A stretch of 56,663 nt of DNA, counting the filler, from Platydemus manokwari (lineage: Eukaryota): the NCBI GenBank assembly GCA_037951405.1. It is 3 parts of 3 records of this genome, joined end to end, with 100 filler letters (N's around TTAATTAATTAA, not from the genome) between each part and the next. Parts side by side here need not be neighbours in the genome. Positions count along the whole stretch, not along the records: positions 1 to 30,885 come from JBBMOY011322537.1; 2 more parts are not named here. One strand, 5' to 3'. This document shows positions 11,401 through 25,697 of this stretch, in pieces. Below the pieces are notes generated by a model. It was given only the letters and a program-made list of their open reading frames with translations. It was not told where the DNA came from and searched no databases. Position numbers and translations under genes: made by a program. The stretch's first letter is position 1, and each line of letters begins with the position of its first letter.

Positions 11401-14400
11401 TCGTTCCGGATATTTTATGAGAATCACACATGTTATGATCTTGTACCAGATAGTTCTAAACTTGTTGTATTTGATACATCATTAAATGTGATTTATTAAA
11501 TTGTCCATCCATTCCAACATTATCAATCATTTCTACAGGTCCAAAAGGCTTTTTTTGCATTAATCTATAACGGGGTCAGAGCTGGTATACTTTGGGATGG
11601 TGTTAAACAGACCTATGTGGGCATGTTTACTATCACAGATTTTATTAAGATACTCTGCAATGAATATATGATATCAGGGCCAGATTTAGAACATTTCCAC
11701 CATTTAGAGGCTCAAGACATTGCCACATGGAGGAGTAATAATTCTAGTATTGTTATGAAATATTTTGAAAATTCATTATTATAATGACAATATTAATAAT
11801 AATTATTATTATATTAATAATAATGTGAATAATATATGATTTTAATGCAAATAAGTCGATAGCGTAGCTAGAGTTAATGCCCTGAATAGGATAATGAGAT
11901 ACACAATTGTGATTGTCATGAAAATGCTGATATGAAAATGTAATGTTAAAGCAGGAAAAGCATAAAGATAGATTTATTCATCAATCTATATAGATATCGC
12001 GAGGTTTTTAATGAGGTGGGGAGCTCTTTTTCTATTAGTAAGGAAATTCTAAAATTGAATTTCTGCTAAACTGTTCTCACTTCTTAGTTCTGAAGAGCAT
12101 TATTCAATGAGCGTAATAAAGGATTTTTTTAATTTCATACAAATCACCTTTGATTTCAAATAATTCACTATAATCATTAATTGTATTAAAATGGAGTAAA
12201 CTGTGTTACAATATCATTTTCCATCAATTCGTGCTCCTCTCTCCACTTTTCCGTAGCTTTGCCATTGAGAGATGATTATCATATCCCAGCAAATAAACTT
12301 ATCCCAATTAATTCTCTTTCACATAATCATCAGATCAATGCAAAAATACCGACAGTGATTTCAATGAATTCAAATGCGTTCGACCGGAAGACTCTTTGAA
12401 ACAAGCCGTTCAAGCTCTATTGCGAAAACGCGTCCATCGGTTACCTGTAATCGATAATGTATCGGGTAATCCGTTACACATTATCACACATAAACGTATC
12501 CTCAAATATCTCCACATGAATGTATGTTTTGCCATAAAAGACAATGAGAATCATCAAGGAAAATATTGATTATATTTTTTCCCTATTTAGCTCTATCACT
12601 TGCCAACACCGGTATTTATGAACCAAAAGATTGGTGAAATACCAATCGGCACATATGGCCAAGTGTGCACCATAAGACCAGATGAAACAATAATTGTGGC
12701 ACTTAGGAAGTTTCTTGAAAAACGTGTTTCGGCTTTACCAGTGGTGGATGGTCATGGTGTATTGATGGATATCTATTCGAAATTTGATGTCATTGTAAGA
12801 TTGAATAATATGTATTGTGAATAATATATTTGATATAAAATATTAATGATAATAATTATTATTATTTATATATAAAAATGTACCCAGAATTGGAATCTCT
12901 GTAGCCGCTATTTAATAATCTGATTGCTACTTCGAATATTTTTTATCGAATTATTTTTATCCACCAGTTTAACCGAAAATCATTTCACTCCTTACGCTCA
13001 CCTTTCTTCTCTCTCTACATCATCATAACTAATCATCAATGTTTGAAATCAAAATTTCACTCCAAATAATCACAACGCCAACACTTATTCATCTCTTTAT
13101 AAACAAGAAATCATCAGATAGATTTGGATGACCATTAATTTTTCCTCAACGCATGAGTGATTTGTTTAATAATTAATGATAACATTTATTTTCATTGATT
13201 TTTACTGAATTATAGTTATCTCAATTTAGTGATATCATCAGTGTTTTGGTTTGATTTCATGTTAAATCATGTGTAGCACAATAATTATCAATTTAATCAA
13301 TAATTATTATTTATCTCATTTACGAGAGGGAGAATTTATCCCAACACAAATCACTTATTTTCTTGTCCAGTTTATTTTTACAATTATTATTGAATGATGT
13401 TCCTTTTTCAATAAACTATTGACTGCTATCTCTCCACTAATCTGAAGGGCATCTCTTATTATTAAATTGAAAATGACATATTTATCACAAGGTCACGCTT
13501 CATTGATTAATGGCAATACTGTCTGTCTGTCACATTCATATCGTATTTCAATTCATTATCACTTGTGAAATATCAATTTTCTATCCCAATATTGCTATGT
13601 ACACGAATCGCTATCAGATTTTCAGATTTCTTATTGCTGTTTAAGATTGTGAATATTTTAAAAGAATATTAAAGTTAAATGATTACATCGCTTTCCATTA
13701 AACTTTTCCATAAACAAATCTCCATTATTATTAGCTCATAATAATTATTTATATCAGATATGGAAGCTTAATATCGTTGGAAAATGAGATATAAATTCAA
13801 TAAACAAACATATTCGAGTGATAGGTTGTCCAGGAATCAAACATTTTCTGTTCAAGATATACAAGATGTCCAGTGGTTAATACCCCAAACCTCATTTTAT
13901 AAAAATTTCCAATTAAATAATTTATTTTCAAAATGTTCCCCATTTTCATCGATATAAAAATAAATTCGCTTCTCAACCACATTCGAGAATTTATCTCTCT
14001 TTGCACAGCTTTTCATCAATGTCGTTTAAATTTGTAATGGGACGAATGCCAATTTTGAATATGCAATAAATTCCAACAAATTATGCTTGGACAGGTTCAC
14101 TGTGGCACACCCTGTATTTCAGTACATAATAATTTGATCTAATTATATACTCACTGATATATATTTCGCATGACTTCACATAAAAAGCTTCAGTTTTAAA
14201 TCATCAAACTGAGAATACATTAGAAAGCTGGTAATAAATGGCCAAATGTAGAACATTATTTTTATTAAGTTCGACCTAGTGATTTTCTCATTGTTTTGTA
14301 TTGATTTTTTGCTAATTTAAATAAACGACACACATGCAGTGCTCATTGTCATGAATCTCATTGGGTGATTAATTCCTATTCAAATCACTCAACCATGTGT

Positions 14401-17400
14401 TCATTTTTTTCAAAATTATTATTAATATTGTTCCCATTTCAACTGTCTATCTGATATGAATATCGATTATTTAAAATGAAAATAATGAAATTCATCACTC
14501 GGTCACGCTTCATTGATTGATAGTTACTATCTATTTTATATTAAATACATTTTAATTCTAAATATCCTTAATCATATTTGATGTTCTGATTCTATTTCTC
14601 ATTCAATGTTTCTTCCATCTCATTACATTTTCGCCGCTGAACATCGAGTTGAAAAGTATTTAATCGATATCTTTAAAAACCTTGTCTGGCGAGAACATAA
14701 TTTTTCAAGAGAAATATTAGCAAATGTTTATCTATTTCAGGTTGTATTTTCTTCCACAAAACAGCTTTTCTATGGGCGCCTTAGGGGATATTAAAAATTG
14801 CAGGATATTAAAAAATAGCCATATTCATAAATATCTGTAATGGGAACATTCTTGTGTTCTTAACCTCTTTCTTATTAGCGCTCTTCTACAATGTATTTGC
14901 ATGATTCTATATGATGATGTATTTTTCAAATTATTGCTGATACAGAATCTCTTTTATCTTTGAATTCTTTTTAATCTGGATTAGAATTTATTAAAGAATT
15001 TCATTTCTCTCTAGTGGTACTGTTTTATTTTTCTTCTTTTGTAATATGATACTGTATTACATGGCACATAATCTGCATTTATTATAATTAAGATGAGAAA
15101 TATGTTAATCAACTGACGTGTCCTACATGAACCAAAAATGAGGAAATTAATTTTAAGGTCTCTATTTAATATATTACAATAGCAGCAATGAACTCGCAAT
15201 CATTGTATCAATTCGACATTAAAATATCGATTCATTTTGGTCCATTATGTTACTCAACTGATATCGAATATTATTCTAGCATTCCTTTTATAATATATTT
15301 GGAAGTTTCAACTAGAAGACTAAAAAGGTCACTGTTCTGTTGAGTCTGTTTTGTTTTATTGAATTATTACCGAATGATATCATTCACCTATATATTACAC
15401 AACTCGAAGTATATGTAATGCGTGTATGTCTATTTATTGACTCCTTCTTGTACAATTTAATTAATCTTGAGACCCTTGCAATGTTAACCTCTATTCATTT
15501 AATGTTAGAGATTAATATAACTGGTTACAGGCTTAGCCCTCATCATATAACAATAATATTTTCAATTATATAATACCTGAACATATCTAAAATTCTACAA
15601 ACCAATCGTATCGACCTTGTGGTGCTGAGTTGTTTGTATGGTAAGTACAAACACTCAAATTATCTATTGAATATCAAAAATTAGCCATACTATATAATAA
15701 GTGTGCTAATCATTCATAAACAAATTAGTGTTGATCGGCTCAAATGTTTTCCACTTCCACTTTCCGTGCGCACAACAGTTGAATTTCATTATTTGGTAAA
15801 CAATATTCAAAGGTAAACATGCAATAATTATTATCATAAAATGTCATAAACTTGAACGAAAACTTTAACTCAAATAATTGTTTTGTCATTCGAATATGAT
15901 TGGTCCATTTTTCATATGTCGATTATTCCTGTACCGTAAATAAATTCTGTATGTAAGTGTGTGTGTGGGTATCAGTTATGTGTATATGCTAGTTAGTATC
16001 TATCTCCAGTATCCATGTGTTACAATATGTACTTTATTTTTATTATGTTTTTATTCGTTTTATTCATCTATTTCATCTATTCTCTCGTATTGCATGTAAT
16101 ATCGATTACAATGATATATTTCCTTAGATAGATTAGATGAGCATAACTTTTTATCGAATCACTAACAGTAATAATAAGTTATTATCTCGCAATATAATTT
16201 CCATTTCCTGTTTTTGATTAACAAGATCGTGAAATTATCGAATTTATTGATTCGGTTGAATGAATCCTAGTTCTTCGCGGATCCAATGTTTTGAAATATA
16301 ATGTTTACAATCATTGATCATTCGTTGGGAACTAAATATATGATATTTTATCGACATTCCACATATCCACCGATTGAACTATGGCGAAAATTTGTGTTAA
16401 TATATTCATACAGACGATCACCAATATCTTCACAAATGCTATGGCATTTTGTTTATAATTGGTACAGATTAGTGATTTGTTGGTGTGCCGTTGCAAACAT
16501 GGAAAATCTTCTCTCGGTAATCGCCTTGACTTGTGATTTTAACTTTTTTGTGATGTCAATTCTACTACATAAAATTGATGAAGTAATTTTATATTAAGCG
16601 CACAGTTATATCAATTGCAATAATAATCAACACCAGTGTCGTGTGGATATACTTTCACATTGTCATATGATGAATTAGACAAAACAATCTATAGAATAGT
16701 TTCTTTTAGATATTGATATATTCAATGTTGCTTATCTTGATATTTTTATACCAAAACAAATAAAAACTACTGATCATATGTTTACCTATCTGTATCAGAA
16801 AAATGAAAATATTTCCTAAATAATTGTGATGATTTTTAAATCAATTAATATTTCAATGATCATTTCAAATAGAAAATATATTGATTTTAAAAATAAATAA
16901 TATTAATGATCAAAATAATTTGTATGAATATTTTCATTAAATATACTTTTATGGTTTGAATTTCTTGGATTTTATTGTATTTCGGGTTTTTTTCGACATA
17001 GTAGCAGCCTCTAACATGAATATCGATCAAGTTTCTATTATTCACGGTTTCTATTAGCCAAAACTAGTATTTAATCAGCAGTCATAATTGGTGCATTAAA
17101 AAGATTGAAAAATCTATCATTTATCTCCCAGTGGTGTATCCCAATGTAATTATTTCAAATTGATGCCCATTTTTTATAATAATATTTGCCACTTTATTGC
17201 TGACTCTAATCAATGTGATATCACAAGTGTTTAAAAGTAGATTTAGTTCGAATATTACGCGTTATTTATGTATTGGAATATTTATCAGACATGAGAATTA
17301 TATGTTTTGTCAAAGGTATAAATAAATAAATAAATGAACATTATCTTGATTTAAGTGTTTATTAATAGACCACTATCAATTGTATTATATGAAGCTAATT

Positions 17401-20400
17401 GTTTGATAGATGGCTATGTAATGCTTAAAATGATGATAAAATAATAATGATAATAATATTAATACTAGTAGTAAAATATAGGCAAATATTATTATTATTT
17501 TTGAACTCCTTATTAACCACATTTTTTCATGAAATTGATGAACTCCAATAAAATGAAGATCAATTATAATACAATAAGAAATAGAATTAGTAGAACAAAA
17601 GTCATTTTGATCGGGGTCAGATAATGTTTGTCATTGCTTGATAATTATCGGGGAAAAGCGTACATGATGACTACCGATATTCAATTATAATATTAGATTT
17701 ACATCGATATATCCCATATATTAACACTCATCTTCTAATCATAATCAGTCATTAGTCTGTGGATTGTACAAGAAAATCGTTAACAATTCACTACATTCGA
17801 TCATCTTCAGATTAATTCGTGAATAAAACACCATTCAATACTGTTTCAGTTATTTGTTTACAAGTTCTGCTTTGTTTTACTAATTCTTTTCTTACTTTTT
17901 ACTTTTAATTTTTTGTTGATAATTCTTATATATATATGCATATATTCTTATCATTTTGGTTAGATCACACAATAATGGAGAACACAAATTCTCAAATCTA
18001 TCTATTGAAAATTATTATGAAAAAAATAAGCTTTGATAGATAACGACAATTATTGTGACCATATTTTGATATCAGATTTTCGAGATATTGATAAAGAGCG
18101 ATATGATTAATGAGACAATTTATCGCTATTAACAATGATCATCAAAGCTTCTTCCAATCTATTAGATTAGATTTCATTGTGCTAATAATAGTAATAATAA
18201 TTCAACATCGGAATCATTTATCAATCTTTAAATGACACTTGCCGTATATCTCCACTGTTTATAATTCGAAAAATTTGTTGTTGAGAATGATAATAATAAT
18301 AATAATAATAATAATAATTATCTCTAATGAGAAATGAAACAGTGTTTCTCATCATTTGTTTTATCCATTAATAACTGTAATGTTTATATTTTGTTGTTGT
18401 TTTTACTTGATTTACAAATCGTCTTTTCTATTCTTCAATGTTTTTATCATCTTTACCAAACATGAATCTTCTGTTATTAATATCATTTATTATTAATTTA
18501 TTAATATATTGCTTACATATTAATGTCTCAGTTGCACCCCACCTCCCCATTAAACAGTATTGTTATATTATTGTAAATAATCATATCAATGGTATAATGT
18601 TAATATTTCCTTTAGATATATTTAGATTATTATTTTATTATCAAGTTTCCTTATCTAACTAATATTTATCTCAGAATCTTGCTATCACAAGAACTTATCA
18701 TCAATTGGACAGAAATATTACCGAAGCACTCGATTATCGACAGAAGGTGAATAATTATTTTAATATTATTATTAACTGGAATCAATGCTTATCAATATCT
18801 GGCTGGTTTCATATGGGTGATTTGATTCATGTAATTGTATTTTAGAAACTGGATAAGGTAGCCACATGTACCAAGAGCGATACATTACAATGCGTTATTG
18901 ACAAGTTTCACACTCATGAGGTGAGATATATTGTTTGGAGAAAGTGATCAATAATATAAAATGGGAATACACATTTTATAAATATTATAAAACATTTATT
19001 AATAATATAAAATGGCGATTTATTATGGAATTATTATCATATTGGATATGCTCGTGTAGTACTCGAAAACATCAATTGTAACATGTACAATTATGGTGTA
19101 CCCTGAAATTTGTGGTAAATACAACCAGAAATAGTTGTGTATTTCAATATCTACCTGCGAAAAATGTTGGAGATTTGTAGCTCCTAGCTCTTACCTGATA
19201 TTGGTGAGTAGATAAATCACTAATTGGGATATGTGCTGTGGATAATCGATATGGTTTAATCGTCAAATCTTTATATTACTAACAATTAGATATACAGATT
19301 ATTATTATTATCATCAGTATTATTAATAATTTATATTATTATAATCAATTGAATTATCAATGGTAATAGCAAACAAATCTAGAAATAGCTAAATAAATCT
19401 CCAATTGATTTATTTCGGAATATTTTCTCATTATTTTCAATGTTAATCTCATATCAAGTCTATATCACCGGAAATTGAGATTGTGTTGATTGAAAGGTGT
19501 TGTGATCATGGTTATCTAATAACCATTATTCAGTGTTGTGAAAATCATAAATTTCACATCATCATCATCATTATTATTATTATTTTAATTGATATTCCTT
19601 CTGATCTTTAACAAAATATTTGTCCTCGAAATTGTAACCTTATACTTTGACATGGACGAATAATAGAAAATTCCATTTTATCTGATAAAATAATTGCTGG
19701 ATTGAAGAAATAAATGGATTGATTATTTATAAATTTATTAAAATATAGGAATAAAATGAAGCCAGGGCTTATCAATTTCTATTTATATCTCGATATATAT
19801 TTGTTATTTTTATCAGATTTCTCTCAGCTGTTTTGTTGTTCATTGTTTTAATTAATAAATCAAATCATTATAATTTCTGTCAACCATCTCTCTATTATCC
19901 TCAACCATTATAATTTCTGTCAACCATCTCTCTATTATCCTCAACCATTATAATTTCTGTCAACTACCTCTCTATTATCCTCAACCATTATAATTTCCCA
20001 TATATTTTCTCCTCATTGGGCAATTATTTCAGATTTTTGCCCATTTGTCACCAAAATTATAACTGAACCGTTTTTTCAATCTCTTTGCATATCTGGCAAT
20101 GGTTTGTGATTTGTTAAAAGGGAAATTTGTACAACAAAAAAAGCGATTGGATATTTAAAAAAATATTGATTGACTCCTTATCGAATTTGTAAACAATATA
20201 TAATATTGAACTTATCTGTGTGATAAATGAATAATTACAGATCAATATTTCATTGATATAATATTATCCGGAATATTGATTGAATCATCATTGATATATT
20301 TCATTCATATCATTGATATTCACATCGATTTCATTTATTTATTAGAAAATTGATTTGATATTTGATTGGATGATTTGAGATTTCATTTGTTGGACAAATA

Positions 20401-20889
20401 CGAGACATGGATTGAATAGAGATGAAATTATATGAAAATCAATCAAATATCTTATTATGTTTTATATATTTTAATTTGTTATAATTTGTTCATCATTATT
20501 ATTATAATATATTATATATGAGGATATTATGATATTCTGCTAATTTATTGATATTTTAATTATTAATATGATATTGGGAACAGATAAATTGATTGATGAA
20601 TGATATGAATATTATAAATCATTTCATGAATGTGATTCGAGAACAGTATTGCAATAAATACACTGCAACTGTAATAGTTTTTAAATGCTCGTTGTTTTGT
20701 TGTACTTTTATATATGTAAATGTTCGATATGATTTCATATATTTGTGATCATGTTTTTATTATTGATTTTCTTTCTTTAAGGTTCATCGATTAGTGATTG
20801 TGGATCGGAAAATGCACGTTGAGGGTATAATATCATTATCAGATATTCTTGAATTCTTCATTAAAGATCAACCGAGTGATACCTCATGA
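8477..20889 (+). CDS. PRKAG: 5'-AMP-activated protein kinase gamma subunit (4 CBS domains), about 361 aa; join(8477-8569, 8618-8666, 11387-11487, 11539-11734, 12334-12521, 12591-12794, 18675-18746, 18846-18920, 20782-20889)
   Basis: Spliced translation contains [87 protein letters not shown] and EVHRLVIVD...VEGIISLSDILEF. All introns are GT-AG with matching phases; AATAAA at about 20944. The first two exons are inferred from phase only. Confidence 0.95.
10527..10901. mobile_element. MITE with about 30-bp terminal inverted repeats, with a partial tandem duplication of its left part
   Basis: GCCTTGATTATGAAAGTGGTATAAGTCAT (about 10669-10697) versus ATGACTTATACCACTTTCATAATCAAGGGC (about 10870-10899). 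A second left end lies at about 10544. An exact ~65-bp duplicate CAAAATATTTCATTCC...CCCTTAATAT occurs at about 10587 and 10788. Confidence 0.7.
13750..14116. mobile_element. Tc1/mariner-type transposon end remnant in AMPK intron 6
   Basis: Ends in ...GGCACACCCTGTA, the reverse complement of the TA-CAGGGTG terminus typical of Tc1/mariner; left boundary uncertain. Confidence 0.45.
18290..18317. repeat. (AAT)n microsatellite
   Basis: Direct reading of the sequence. Confidence 0.9.
19866..19997. repeat. 40-bp tandem repeat, about 3.3 copies
   Basis: Unit CATTATAATTTCTGTCAACCATCTCTCTATTATCCTCAAC, near-identical copies. Confidence 0.9.
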
Positions 20890-21263
20890 ATTTATATATG
20901 TATATCGATATTTTGTAGCTGATTGGTTGTTATTCATTGTGATAATAAAGCCCCTTAATGGTGGTCAACATGGTATGCCATGTGATTATTGTAGTTCATT
21001 TTATAAATTTTTATTATATTTGTGACGTGCTTCAAAAATTACAAATTGATTTTGCTTTTATTGGCTGATTGTTAATCTTCGCTCGATATGGATTTGTGGA
21101 TGAAAATAATCAATTTTTATAATTTATATTTATATATACTGGTTTTTCACGAATTTTAAATTTGAATTTATATATAAAATAATAATAATTATTATTATCA
21201 TCACAGTGCATAACAAATGGTGATATCGATGATATTATAATTTATTTTTAATAAATTCCTATA

Positions 21264-21449
21264 CAGTCAAACCTGTTTTTGTGCGGTAGATAGGGACCGC
21301 AGAAAAAGAACCGCACACAAAAAAATATTGAAAAACTTCATAAATAGCTATCAGAAATAATTTTTCACAGCATAATAAAGAAATTTTTTTTATGCGGTAG
21401 AGGCACAAAAAAGCGCATAAAAAAGACCGCACAAAAACAGGTTATACTG
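21264..21449. mobile_element. pogo/Tigger-like MITE (186 bp) with 24-bp TIRs and TA target-site duplication
   Basis: TA|CAGTCAAACCTGTTTTTGTGCGGT ... ACCGCACAAAAACAGGTTATACTG|TA (2 mismatches); internal repeats of CCGCA/TGCGG. Confidence 0.85.
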
Positions 21450-22854
21450 TATAATTTTCCCAGGATATTTATATTGTAGATCGACAATTTTGATAATTAA
21501 TTGATTTTCAATCAATAAAAATTATATATTATTATAAATAATTATATTATATAACTATTAATCATTAGTGGTTCTCCATTAATTTACTTAACTCTCATTT
21601 GAGCTGATAAATTAGGCGAATTGGTGAATTAATAAAATTTTACTTTATATTTGCTTAAATGACGAGTCCGCTCTATTCCATTGATATTTTATCTGCTGCC
21701 ATTGATGTGTCGAACTGTGAAACAGTAAAACAATAAAATACATTGATAATATATCTACAGTGAATGAAATAATTTTACAAAACATTTGACATGAATCGAG
21801 AATTTTTGATGTGCTTGTTACTGTTGAATAAGCTTAATGTTTATTGTGATAACATCATCGATGATGTAACAGATATAAAAATAATTGATATAAGAGATAA
21901 TATGTATTTCAACTATTTCATGGGTCGACTTATTTCTAAGATTTTTCAGTCATCTGAGGACTCGATTTCAATATCAATTCACTGGAACTTGTTTATAATA
22001 AATATTTATTTTATACAGGCGTGATTAATGTATGCCAATAATTGTTACTGATGAATATATACAAATTCGGAGTTTAACATTTTTGATAGAATCTATTTTA
22101 TAACTCAAATATAACTCGTTTTATAAGATTTATTTTATTAAAATAATTATTTCTATCCAATAGTTTAAGATTTCTGGAGTCACGAAACATATCCACAATA
22201 TCGATTTGTTTTCTATTTGATTTAATAGAACATTTTTCCTAATAATTATATATATTGTTTCTGATAATAAATTAATGATATTCTATAAAAATAATATTTC
22301 ATTCGATTTACAAATCAACAACATTGACGAATATTCTTTTATTATCTGTTGTTTAAGATAAACAATGCGCTAGCTGGATTTTATAATTTCCAAGCTATTA
22401 ATTCTCCTAGCTATTGCTTTAGAAAGACGAGCAACACGCATTGTTAGATTGTTTATGGCAACAGACTCCTATGCTAATAATTTATGTTCATTATGATTCT
22501 CTTTTAAATGGCACATAACTGTGAGTACAAAACTAATAGTCTGCTATCAAGATATTAATTATTATAAAAATAAACATACGTCAATGTAAAGATGTTCATT
22601 TCAATCATTCTATAATTCAAATGTATTTCAATAATATCATTCGTTGAAAGCTAATAAACAAATTATTTCGCTTCAATGTCATCTTTGTGATGAATTCAAA
22701 ACAATAACGATTAAATGAGCAGCTTAATTAAACATTTGTTCATTAATATAAAATATACATCTGAATATTTAATAAAAATATATCATTTTTCATATATAAT
22801 ACGATATTTATCATATAATATCACACGTACCGCTGTAATGGTGAATGTATTAAA

Positions 22855-23725
22855 TACTCATTTAACATATCATAATATTTGTTACGATAATAATCACACA
22901 TCTCAATACCCATCTCATACACCCAATAATCATCAAAATATTTATTACGATATTAATCCCACATCTCAATACTTATCAAATGAATCACAATATTTATTGC
23001 GATACCAATCACACATCTCATACACCCAATAAACATCAAATGAATCAAAATATTTATTACGATACTAATCCCATACCACAATACTCATCGAATTAATCAC
23101 AATATTCATTGCGATACCAATCACACATCTCAATAACCATTTCATACACCTAATAATCATCAAAATATTTATTACGATATTAATCCCATACCACAATACT
23201 CATCGAATTAATCAATATTCATTGCGATACCAATCACACATCTCAATAACCATATTATACACCAAATACTTATCAAATGAATCACAATATTTATTACGAT
23301 ACTAATCCCATGCCACAATACTCATCGAATTAATAGCAATATTCATTGCGATACTAATCATACATCTCAATATTCATCTCATACCACGCAATACTCATCT
23401 GATACATCACAATACTCATCGAATTAATAGCAATATTCATTGCGATACCAATCACACATCTCAATAACCTTCTTATATACCAAATACTTATCAAATGAAT
23501 CACAATATTTATTACGATAATAATCACACATCTCAATACTCATCTCATACCCCGCAAAACTCATCAAATTAATCACAATATTCATTACAATACTAATCAC
23601 ATACCGCAATACTCATCTGATACATCACTATAGTCCTCGAATTCATCAAATATATCACAATACTCATCAAATGAATCACAATATTTATTACGATATTAAT
23701 CCCATATCACAATACTCATCAAATC
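22855..23725. repeat. Composite minisatellite of shuffled ~20-30-bp related monomers
   Basis: Recurrent AATACTCATCGAATTAATCAC, AATATT(T/C)ATT(A/G)CGATA(C/T)(C/T)AATC(A/C)CA and CACATCTCAATA monomers; higher-order period about 115-120 bp in the left half. Confidence 0.85.
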
Positions 23726-23810
23726 TTATATCTTACAAGCATAAATAAATCAAAATATCCAATAATAATAATAATAATAATAATAAAATGAACACAAATC
23801 AAAAAAATGA

Positions 23811-25040
23811 TCAACTGGATATCAATAGATTTGCTTTATAACATTTGAGACTACAAAGCGGTTTGCCAGTTTTAGCACAGCTATATCGTTTACGATTCGA
23901 ACAACCCGGTAATGAGCAGAGAGATATTGCTGGTATCGTTGAGGCATTCCAATTGGGACACAAATTCGAATCTGAGAAAGCGATATAGCTCTGACATCCC
24001 GATCTCTGTGTGCTCAATATTCGAATGTATGGACCAGATCGAGAGATATCATTTTCTTGTGATGGCACTTGTCGAACTCGTTTCGTTTGTCGCGATCCCG
24101 GTGTCACCTTTAATAGACGTTCAACAGTTGCTCTTTGTTCCTCTTGTTGTCGCTCTTTGGCTGCCTTACGATGTTCACCAGTTTTACCCACCTGTCTCGG
24201 TGTTCGACTTTCTTTACTTGGCAATTGATCGATACTAATTTCTTCGACATTGGATGCTCCCGATCTTTTATCCAATAGAGATCTTTGTCGAGCCGTCATA
24301 TAGCGCGGATCGTTCATTTGAGCTAGATAACGACATTCTTTATCTGACCATTCTTCTTCTTCTACCATCACTTGAGATGCTTGCTCATCTTCACTGGATG
24401 AGTAAGCGTCTATTTTTACAAGAGCTCCTTCTAAATCATCCGTCTTATCCGTATCCTAAATAAAACAATCATTTACTGGTCTTGAAAGCCATTTCAGACT
24501 GAGCAAATGCCTTTTATACAATGAAAATGATATTAGGAAAAATAACTTTGTTTAAATAATACTTGGATTTATCGGATGAAAATTTAAGCATCATATTCCA
24601 GATATTTTAGGCACACCTCTCATCAATAAAAATGAGTTCATTTAAATAGCGATATTATTTATAGAACTGTATCATCAAACTTTCACAACATGTTATAAAA
24701 TAATAATACTATAAGTCACAGAATTAACAATTTCTACAAATAATATACCTTGATCGTCTATAAAAATATTATATTATAATTATTGTTATACTTCAGAAGC
24801 ACCTAAATAGTTGATAAAAAAAACTATGTTAAATAAACTAATAATATGCGTCATTGGAAAGATTATTTATAAACAATATTATCTAAAACATTTACCTGTG
24901 TTAAAGTAAAGTCCATTAACATATCTTCGTTCCTAAATGACACTGTAGAACATGTGTCGTCGTCAGAACTAGCTGTAAATATATAATTATAATTTAACAC
25001 ATATCATTTTCAAAAACTTACAATTACTATTATTAATCAT
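23811..25040 (-). CDS. INO80B: INO80 complex subunit B (Ies2), PAPA-1 domain plus C-terminal zf-HIT, about 246 aa; complement(join(23811-24455, 24896-24972, 25022-25040))
   Basis: MTARQRSLL, QRATVERLLK and C-terminal CSLPGCSNRKRYSCAKTGKPLCSLKCYK are typical of INO80B; two upstream exons joined by GT-AG introns with matching phases. Confidence 0.9.
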
Positions 25041-25697
25041 AATAAAAATTTGTTTCTAATTAAAGGTAATTTTAAGGCCAATTTTATAGAAAAATTCCAA
25101 AAATTAATAATTACGATAATTTCGAGTAAAATTCAAATTTTATTAAATAAAATCCCATTTTGAATTTAGTCGTATGTTATAAAATTAAAACAAATGATCT
25201 TTAAAATTTACAAAATAAATTAAACTGAGATTTCTAAATAAGTTTGTATATATCCATAAAGAAATATAACTATTTTTAAAAAAAATTTAAATTATTTTTT
25301 TTAACAATTTAATCAAAATTAAACAAACTATGTATATGTATATATATTGAGTTCATAATGCTTTATTAATTACTATAAATTAATATTAGTAAACAAGTTG
25401 CATGACCTTTAAATTTACAAAATCTTTATCCAACAACGAGAAATCATTCAGAAATGCTAACCGAGAATCAGCAAAAATAATTTTTTCACTATTTCATCTA
25501 ACCAATGACATTTGAGAATTTCAGCTCACTTTTATATTCTGATAGAAAAGTCAATGAAATTTTATTCCTTTAAATTTTCACACTGAATCTAATACCATAA
25601 CTATTATATATAATTTTTCTTTTCAATCAGAATTTTCAGAACTCTGACTATATGAATTCTGATTTGAAGCATTTCAATAACTGACTTATTTTTCACT

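Noticed and set aside
22715-23609. ORFs at 22715-23032, 23354-23536 and 23424-23609
   Set aside because: Translations of the minisatellite with no domain or splice support
22855-23725. CRISPR-like appearance of the repeat array
   Set aside because: The intervening sequences are themselves repeated monomers rather than unique spacers; eukaryotic context and no cas genes
23912-24463. Plus-strand ORFs overlapping INO80B
   Set aside because: Antisense shadows of a real coding exon
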